A DNA stretch of 64,000 nt, from NCBI GenBank assembly GCA_964016885.1, contig OZ024743.1, positions 84,444,001 through 84,508,000 of the forward strand, in the 5' to 3' direction. Shown in pieces: positions 56,407-64,000 of this stretch. Positions within the stretch are counted from its first letter, which is position 1. The number at the start of each line of letters is the position of its first letter. The stretch comes from Eledone cirrhosa (lineage: Eukaryota). The position numbers and the translations under genes were made by a program. The notes below the pieces were generated by a model. That model saw only the letters and a program-made list of their open reading frames with translations, was not told the origin of the DNA and searched no databases.

Positions 56407-56465
56407 TACATTTTATTATACATATTTTGGATGTACAACAGTACGTCCTCATCAGACAAAATATA
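56407..56465 (-). ncRNA. Degenerate minimal hammerhead ribozyme (G12A), probably a Penelope-like pLTR relic
   Basis: Minus strand: TATATTTTGT-CTGATGA-GGACGTAC-TGTT-GTACATCC-AAAA-TATGTATA-ATAAAATGTA. Stems I-III can form, but GAAA reads AAAA. Confidence 0.62.
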
Positions 56466-57069
56466 ATGATACATGACATACCCTGAAATGTTAAATGGTT
56501 TAGATTTAATCAAGGTAGTGATTAACCCAAGAAAAATTTAACATTTATACCCTAATAATGAGAAAATGCGAAAACGTAATAAATTCAATAGAGAAAGTGT
56601 AAGAAAAACGTTGTTTAATGTAACAGTTATATAGATATTAAGATGTATGATATACAATTTATGAATAAAGGGGGTTAATATGCTGAAGGAGATTTATTTT
56701 TGCCGAAAGTTAAATGGTTAATTTTGAAAATATTTAATTTATGGTATTATAGGGTGAAGATTCAAGATTTTGGGTTTTTTTTAAATTGTTGGTTATCTAT
56801 ATATTAGTTTTATAAATTCTATAAGTGTGTTAACATTTCAAAGCTTCTGAATTTCATGTGGGTAACATTTATAGGATTTAGCTGGCCAACAGGAGTGAGA
56901 GTTTATACTGTTGATTATTTATCATTTACTTTAGGTAAATGATAACAGTTACAATTTTATATAATAAAGCTCTACGTGTTACAGTCCTTGCTATTCTGAA
57001 TTCAAATCCCGCCGAGGTTAACTTTGCCTTTCATCCTTACGGAGTCGATAAAATAAAGTACCAGTAATG

Positions 57070-58482
57070 TACTACCGTCCAATCTCACTCACCTCTCATA
57101 TTATCAAGGTATTTGAGAGGGTGGTGAGATCACGAATAACCCACTTTCTGGAAGCAACGGCCTGCTGAACTCCAACTAACATGGGTTCTGTAATGGAAGG
57201 GACTGCCTAACGCAGCTCCTGCATCACTTTGACGATGTTTTGAGAGCCTTGGGAGAGGACTCCATCACTGATGTCATCTACCTTGATTTCAGCAAGGCTT
57301 TTGACAGGGTTGATCATTAGATTCTACTCAAAAAACTATCCAATATTGGTGTCTCTAGAAAGTTACTACAGTGGATCAAATGTTTCCTGACAGACAGAAC
57401 CCAACATCTTGTAGTCGAAGGAGTAAAATCAAGCCCTGCCAAAGTCCGCAGTGGCGTCCCACAAGGCACTGTGTTGGGCCCACTTATTTTCATCATCTAC
57501 ATTAATGACATTACTGACATCATCAAGCACAGCAACATAAGAATGTTCGCAGATGATTCCAAGCGCCAAAGGGTCATCAATGAGGTGGGTGACCGGACTT
57601 GCCTTCAGTCAGACCTACTGGCTGTTATCCAATGGGCAGAAAAGAATAATATGCTGTTGAATGAGGATAAGTTTGAATTCATCCACTTTGGAAAAAAGGA
57701 TGCTCTGAAACTACCATACTCTCTTCCTTCGGATGAAACTCTAGGGGCATCCAATAACATCAGAGACCTGGGAGTAATTGTGGACAACAACATAAGCTGG
57801 GTCCTCATATAAACAGCAAAGTTGACATGGCCCTCACAATGTGTTCCTGGATTCTCAGAACCTTCCAGTCGAGAAATATCCACACTGTTATCCTTCTCTT
57901 TTCCCCTTTTGCCCGACCCCACCTTGAATACTGTTGTCCACTGTGGTCTCACCACACGAAACAAAGTATCATGAAAGTTGAAGCACCACAAAGATCGATT
58001 ACAAAAAAGATAGATGGCATGACAGGCCTTGACTATTGGAGTCGATTAGAAAAGCTTAACCTTTATTCTCCCCAACGTCGCCGTGAGCGCTACATTATCT
58101 GCATGATGTGGAAAATATTCCATCAGCTTTGCCCAAATGATGTTGGCATCACCTTTAATGTACACCCAAGGCTTGGGCCCCGTGCTATCCGTAACAACAA
58201 TACGGCACAATTATTTCACCTCAATTGACCCTGCTCTTTAACATTACACCAAAATGTATCAAAACAGAAACAGACCCCATTAAGTTCAAGAAGTCTTTAG
58301 ACAAATTCCTTCAAGAAATCCCAGATAAGCCTCCTACACCCGGATATGCTTCCATAAATAATAACTCTCTACTTGAGTGGGCCATGGTGCCCAAACCCTG
58401 ATTTGTAAGACTTCGCCAGGTGGTGCTATTAAGTTAGACATGGCCTGAGCCAATACTGGCCGAAACCTACCAAAGTTAAAGT
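57070..58482 (+). mobile_element. CR1-clade LINE, 5' truncated, decayed RT
   Basis: YRPISLTS, DVIYLDFSKAFDRVDH, SGVPQGTVLGP, FADD, RPHLEYC..W motifs, with stops and frameshifts. Confidence 0.9.
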
Positions 58483-58599
58483 TATATATATTATATATCA
58501 TCATCATCATCATTTTACGTCCGCTTTTCCCTGTTTATATATATATATATATATATATACATATTATATATTATATATATGCATATTATATATATATAT

Positions 58600-58780
58600 A
58601 TGTAGGCAACACGCTAAAAACCTCCCAGTCCACACTGTAAACGTGGTTGGTGTTAGGAAGGGATTCCAACCGTAGAAAACTTGCCAGACGAGCGAGACGA
58701 CCAATCTTGCCTCAAGTGGGACAATTCCCGTCTAAACCCATGCTAGCGTGGAAGATAGACGTTAAATGATGATGATGATA
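58600..58780 (+). mobile_element. RTE-2 3' UTR fragment
   Basis: Matches about 39340-39533. Flanked by TA repeats. Confidence 0.8.
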
Positions 58781-58789
58781 TATACATAT

Positions 58790-58836
<47 letters not shown>

Positions 58837-58840
58837 TTGA

Positions 58841-58888
<48 letters not shown>

Positions 58889-58901
58889 GCAGTTGTCTTA
58901 C

Positions 58902-59009
58902 CTCTATTTCATGATCCAAAGAGTTCTTCATTAATGTTTTGATTACTTCCATATGGCCATTCTGAGAGGCTGCCTGTAATGCTGTGTGACCAGCAAAAAC
59001 TCCATTCAC
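58902..59009 (-). CDS. MIB1: MIB1 coding exon (ankyrin repeat; 108 nt)
   Basis: VNGVFAGHTALQAASQNGHMEVIKTLMKNSLDHEIE. Acceptor ttgcag, donor GAG|gtaaga. Phase 0 to 0. Not in the ORF track. Confidence 0.95.
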
Positions 59010-59039
59010 CTGCAATAGCAATATAAACCATCATTTCCT

Positions 59040-59410
59040 TCTTCTTCAGCCACTTATTCTTGGGAAGGTCATATCAGAAGCAACCATTTACAAATAATCC
59101 AGCTGAATCCCCAAGTGAGACCAACCAAGCTTATGGATGTTATCCATTCATCTTGCTCGTTGTCTACTTCTGGGTCTTCTGTTGGTTGGGTTTGCCCATA
59201 AGATATGAACAGTGATTCTTTCCTTAGACATTCTTACATTTCTTAATATTGAAGCTCTGATCTCTGGATTCAGAGAACTAGCGGCTCTAACTGGATTGAC
59301 TCCCTGATCTTCGAACTATGCACCTATCAAGGAATGTTACTCCAAAGACCCTTCAGAGAAACTCCATTTCGGTCGCTTGTATTTACAATCATATTCTTTT
59401 GATCATTACC
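59040..59410 (-). mobile_element. Old LINE (RTE-like) ORF C-terminal fragment
   Basis: Minus-strand remnants similar to the plus-strand fragment at about 63110-63330 (RPRGRP..RW motif). Confidence 0.45.
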
Positions 59411-59931
59411 TAAGGAGCATACAGGTTGCACCCCGCCCTGTTTTATATACACACCCCACTACCATCAATGCCTCTCCAGCCTAACACACTGAGTACCATA
59501 GTACTGTAATGAGGGGTAGCGTTGGTGTCATGATAAAAAACATCCAATCCACCATGTAAGGTGGTAGTTCCAGAGTTACAATGAAATGTTCCTTGTCCAC
59601 CCTATAAGGTGGTAATGCTGGTGCCATGACAAGATACACCCAAACCATCCAATAAGGTATTCATACTGCTAATACAATTAAAAACACAGTGGTAGTGTGG
59701 GAATCATGATAAACTGCTCCCAGTACACACTGTCTAGTGGTTGGTATAAGGAAGTGCATCTAGCCATAGAAACCAAGTAAAAAATTGAGCATATGAGCTA
59801 GACGTGACCACCCAACCAGTGTAGCCTCAGTACATAACAACCCATCTAACTTTTGCAAGTATGAAAAATAGATGTTAAATACTGATTACAACGATGATGC
59901 TGATGAAGGGGTTAATGAGTAAATTAATTAC

Positions 59932-60065
59932 CTCAGCTTCAGGTCGTTGAAGAATTTCTTCTACTTTCGCAGCATCACCATTAGCTGCAGCTTTCACTAA
60001 TTCCTCATTCACATCTCCAGATACATGGCTTTCAAACAGTTTTTTTAACAGGGCACTCAATCGTT
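59932..60065 (-). CDS. MIB1: MIB1 coding exon (linker and first ankyrin repeat; 134 nt)
   Basis: (E)[44 protein letters not shown]. Acceptor tttttcag, donor GAG|gtaatt. Phase 1 to 0. Confidence 0.96.
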
Positions 60066-61016
60066 CTGAAAAAGAGGAAACATGACCAGGTAAACAAGAT
60101 GTGAAGAGATTTATAGCTCTGACAACTGGCACAACTGGAATTGCAGCTGTGGTCCTCTTAATTTGACAAACAATCCTCAGGGAGGGACTGAAATCCCAAC
60201 TAGTGCACTCCAAGCTATCACTGAGGAAATTCAAGTACAAGGATCAACCACAACACAACATATGGACACTGACTAACTGGCCTATCTGCAGTGCCGGATT
60301 TAGGAAAAATGAGAATCTGTGTTAGTTAAGTTATGAGGCCCCTTACTTGGGCCCTGCAGGATGTAGTCTGGTAGACCTACACATGCAGTCATCAGGAAGA
60401 TGCCCCCACCCCTGCCCAATAGGGCCCTGTGCTTAAACATATCTAAGCACAATGGTAAATCCAGCACTGCCCATTTGTAATGTAGATATAAGGTAACATA
60501 AAAACAAGATAACATGTTGGATTATATATTGGAAGCACTGTCTGCAAATCACATATACAGGTCATATGAGTGCATCTTTTGTTAAAAGTAAAACACATAC
60601 AAAAATGTCACACCACAGTTACCATAGAGGCCACTGAACATAACATCAGAAATTCTGTATCAAAGAGGCAATAGTCACCACTAGAACAAGACCAATCATA
60701 CACAGCAGGCAATTGGTTATTGTGAGTATACCAGTCTGTGGACGTTATCCCCCTCCACACACACACACACACACACACACTTCTCAGACCCTTCTATTGC
60801 ATGAAGGTAACTGGCTATTGTGGCTATACCAATCTGTTCATGTCACCTCTACCCAACCCAATTTCTAGGCAGAAGAGCACCATCCATCATCACCATCACA
60901 TTTCATTTCCTTTCTTTGTTTTGAAAAAGGTGTGACCCCAAAATATCACAGAATATATAAGGTAAGGTTTTGTTTTTGCAGCAAGAAAAAGTAATAAATA
61001 AAGCTGTCCAACTTAC

Positions 61017-61164
61017 CCCCAGAAGAATGTGGTACGGCAGTACCATCTGCTGAAGCAACTTTAGTAACAGCTGAAGGATTATAAGTCCAACATGTGCTAC
61101 AAACTTCCACCTTGAGGTCACTATCATGGTAAATCTGCTGGACACAGCCAACTTTACCAAGAGT
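61017..61164 (-). CDS. MIB1: MIB1 coding exon (second MIB/REP repeat; 148 nt)
   Basis: [49 protein letters not shown]. Acceptor atcag, donor G|gtaagt. Phase 0 to 1. Confidence 0.95.
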
Positions 61165-61905
61165 CTGATCATAAGAAATACAAATATCACATTAGAAAAC
61201 CACACTATTATTATCATTGTTATGCATAGATTACACAGAACAGTACATTATTCTAGTATATAGATATATAGTTGTATATAGTGTTTTATACAATAGTATA
61301 GAGCTATATATATATAGTTGTATATACAGCTTTATAGAATAGTATATAGTGTTTTATAAAATAATATATAGTTGATTATAGTAATATTACATTATAGTTT
61401 AGTATATATATATATATACATGGGAAAGTAAGAAATCGGAGAATACTGCCGGCACTAGTATCGAGCACCTTTGGTATATGCTACTTGGCAAATAACTATA
61501 TGTATCACCTATCCTCCCCTTTTTTTTCTCTCTCTCGATACGTAAATACTGTATATATATATAAGTATTTATCATAGTATATGTTAATGTATGTCACTGA
61601 TGATGCTTCTACATCCAGTTTTGCATGCTGGCATGGGCTGGCTGGGATGTAATGAGACAATATTTTACAGCTGGATACCCTTCCTGATGCCAACCCTTTT
61701 AATTGCATCATACTACACACAAGAATACAGTGTACCTATTCTAAAATCCAGGATACACATGGCCACAACATAATGATATGTTAGTATATATAATAGTATA
61801 CCTTAGATTATAGCAGTATATATATCAGTCTATATAATATATACTCTGATGAGCTGATTCATTTAAAACCAGTGATATGAAACATTATTGTAAAGAGTGA
61901 CTTAC

Positions 61906-62092
61906 AGGTAACATAGCTTCGGCCCATTCCCCATGGCCACGCTGAAGCTGCTTCAAACGTTCCACATCACCACAGATCTGAACAAGGTCTCCGACAGCAA
62001 ATGGAGAATTGGTTGATGTATTTTCAGTTGATGTTGATGCAGTATTAGCTGTTGGGGTAACCTTCGTCAAAACAGCTGGATTAAAGGTCCAC
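61906..62092 (-). CDS. MIB1: MIB1 coding exon (end of repeat 1, start of repeat 2; 187 nt)
   Basis: [11 protein letters not shown]...[32 protein letters not shown]. Acceptor atttttag, donor CCT|gtaagt. Confidence 0.96.
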
Positions 62093-62344
62093 CTAAAAAT
62101 GAAATCCATGAATAGTAGAAATGTAAAGACCATAAAATATACTGAATTACAACAGTAACAAGCTAGTTAAAGTTGGCCTCGGCAGGATTTCAACTCAGAA
62201 GGTAAAGAGTGAAAACAAATACCACAAGGCATTATATCCAATGCTCTAACAATTCTGCCATTCCACCACCATAAATACCATCGCATTAATGACATTCTTC
62301 ATTAACTGAAATACATCATATTTCATTAGGAATATGATCATTAG

Positions 62345-62549
62345 CCCTTTAGCATTTAAACCGGCCATATCCGGCCAGAATTCTCTTACCTCTTTCTGTT
62401 CAAACTGGTTGCTCATACTGATGTTAAGGTATTGTTTTCAAAATAAATAATATCAAAATCTCATAGATTCGATATTATGTGAGATAATTATGTGAGCTAA
62501 AGTCTTTACCGTGAAATAGTAAATATAGAGTAATGTAAATGCTGAAGGG
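62345..62549 (-). mobile_element. piggyBac-like MITE
   Basis: CCCTTTAGCATTTA...TAAATGCTGAAGGG|TTAA. Reverse orientation relative to 62860-63080. Confidence 0.75.
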
Positions 62550-62859
62550 TTAAATAAAGTACTAAAAAAAAAAACAAGTTAGAAGGGAGAATTGGTGAAG
62601 ACCACATTGGCTTTAATCGCTAGAAGATCAAAACTGACCACTTGATGGAAGATGAGGAGGAGATCAATCAATCAATCAAGTTCCTATAGCAGATGCAGCC
62701 AGGTTTTGGAGTGTCATTCTAGACGTTTGACTGTGTCCACCATAACATTTCAATGAGACTTAAATTGAACATAAAGGGGAGATAATCAGGGTAAACATTG
62801 ATGTTCATAGTCAGGCATTATGGCAAGTCACCTCATTAATATGTATGGTCATGCTTTAA

Positions 62860-63080
62860 CCCTTTAGCATTTACATTATTCTATATTTACTATTATATTT
62901 TCATAGTAAAGGCTTTACCTCACATAATTATCTCACATAAGATCGAATCTATGAGATTTTGATATTATTTATTTTGAGAACAATATCTTAACATCAGTAT
63001 GAGCAACCAGTTACAGCCAATTTGAACAGAAAGAGGTAAGAGAATTCTGGCCAGATACAGCCAGTTTAAATGCTAAAGGG
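62860..63080 (+). mobile_element. piggyBac-like MITE, 221 bp
   Basis: TTAA target duplication. Perfect 14-bp TIRs CCCTTTAGCATTTA/TAAATGCTAAAGGG. Confidence 0.8.
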
Positions 63081-63796
63081 TTAAACCAATTTGTATATAT
63101 TCTGTTGTTGACTCCTGTCTCAACAAAGAGTCGTTGGACAGATTTTCCGGACAAAACCAACATTCAAGAGACCCAGGGGTAGACCTCAAGCAAGATGGTT
63201 GGTTAACATCCATGAGCTCGGTTGGTCTCGCTTGGGGATCCAGCTGGATCAGTTGGGGACGATTGATTCTGACCAGACCTGCTGGAAGGAGTGTTTGAGG
63301 ACTCTGCCCCTCGACCCTCTCAGGTAGGAGGAGTAGTCTCTATCATCACTCAGCTTAGCAAGAAATAACAGCAAAATATCCCTTAAAACACATATTACTA
63401 TTTTCAAGAGGAGACATTGAACAATGTAGTCTTGAATATAACAAAGACAGGATAATCACAACTGGAATATATTTTATCATAGATCATCATCAACATCATG
63501 ATCATTTATCATCCATTTCCCTCCTAGTAAGGGTTAGAAGGATAGTCACAAACTGAGACAGTTCTCAAGCAGAGTTACTGACTTCTCAGATGGGCCTGGG
63601 GCCAACATCTCATAAATATTCCCACACTCTACTGAGGGTGTTTTATCATAGCACCAACAATAAAGAGGTTGTCATGTTTTTGACAGAGCTGAAGAGTCTT
63701 CCAGATCCTTTGTTTGGCAGGTTTTCTACAACTACCCTTCCTACCTATTGCCACTAGGATATGACACTATTACCACTTTGGTACATTTCATCTTAC

Positions 63797-63873
63797 CTAT
63801 TGCCACTAGGATATGACACCACAATATCCCTGTCTTCATCAATACCAATCACAGTTCCTGTTGTTCCCAGACA
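63797..63873 (-). CDS. MIB1: Mind bomb 1 E3 ubiquitin ligase, coding exon (first MIB/REP repeat; 77 nt, phase 0 to 2)
   Basis: Translates [25 protein letters not shown](R), matching the MIB1 repeat motif GTV.GIDED.DIVV.YPSGNRW. Acceptor ttttcag, donor AG|gtaaga. Phase joins the next exon (AG+G = Arg). Not in the ORF track. Confidence 0.93.
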
Positions 63874-64000
63874 CTGAAAACAGAAAATTATAAATAATTG
63901 CATACAATTATTATAAGTATATATAATAAATAGTATAATATAGTATATAGTAGATTATATAATTCATAATTGTTTCTACTTTTGGCACAAGGCCAGCAAT

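Noticed and set aside
61841-61900. CTGATGA...GAAAC..GTA hammerhead-like motif next to a mib1 donor
   Set aside because: Stem I does not pair beyond one base and stem II does not close next to GAAA. At best a very decayed relic.

Overview
Eukaryotic, AT-rich, microsatellite-dense genomic DNA. The SINE/RTE complement suggests a coleoid cephalopod (octopus-like); this is inferred, not proven. The whole window lies inside one minus-strand gene, a mind bomb 1 (MIB1) E3 ubiquitin ligase orthologue. Seven coding exons (63797-63873, 61906-62092, 61017-61164, 59932-60065, 58902-59009, 44444-44641, 21460-21611) have GT-AG boundaries and compatible phases, and encode the two MIB/REP repeats and the first ankyrin repeats. 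The introns (up to >21 kb) are packed with RTE and CR1 LINEs, a Penelope-like element, a DD37D Tc1/mariner-superfamily transposon, two non-autonomous Helitrons, TTAA MITEs, tRNA-derived SINEs and long (TA)n tracts. Most notable: (i) Penelope-type minimal hammerhead ribozymes, where the antisense copy is intact but both copies on the mib1-transcribed strand have lost catalytic elements; (ii) four unrelated 'long hairpin + unpaired tail' insertions in TA-rich repeats; (iii) a 21-copy 61-bp satellite with an 8-mer higher-order repeat, born from a CR1 3' end; (iv) a duplicated splice donor that would add a stop codon; (v) many inverted repeat pairs able to form dsRNA in the pre-mRNA. Most ORFs in the supplied track are microsatellite artefacts.
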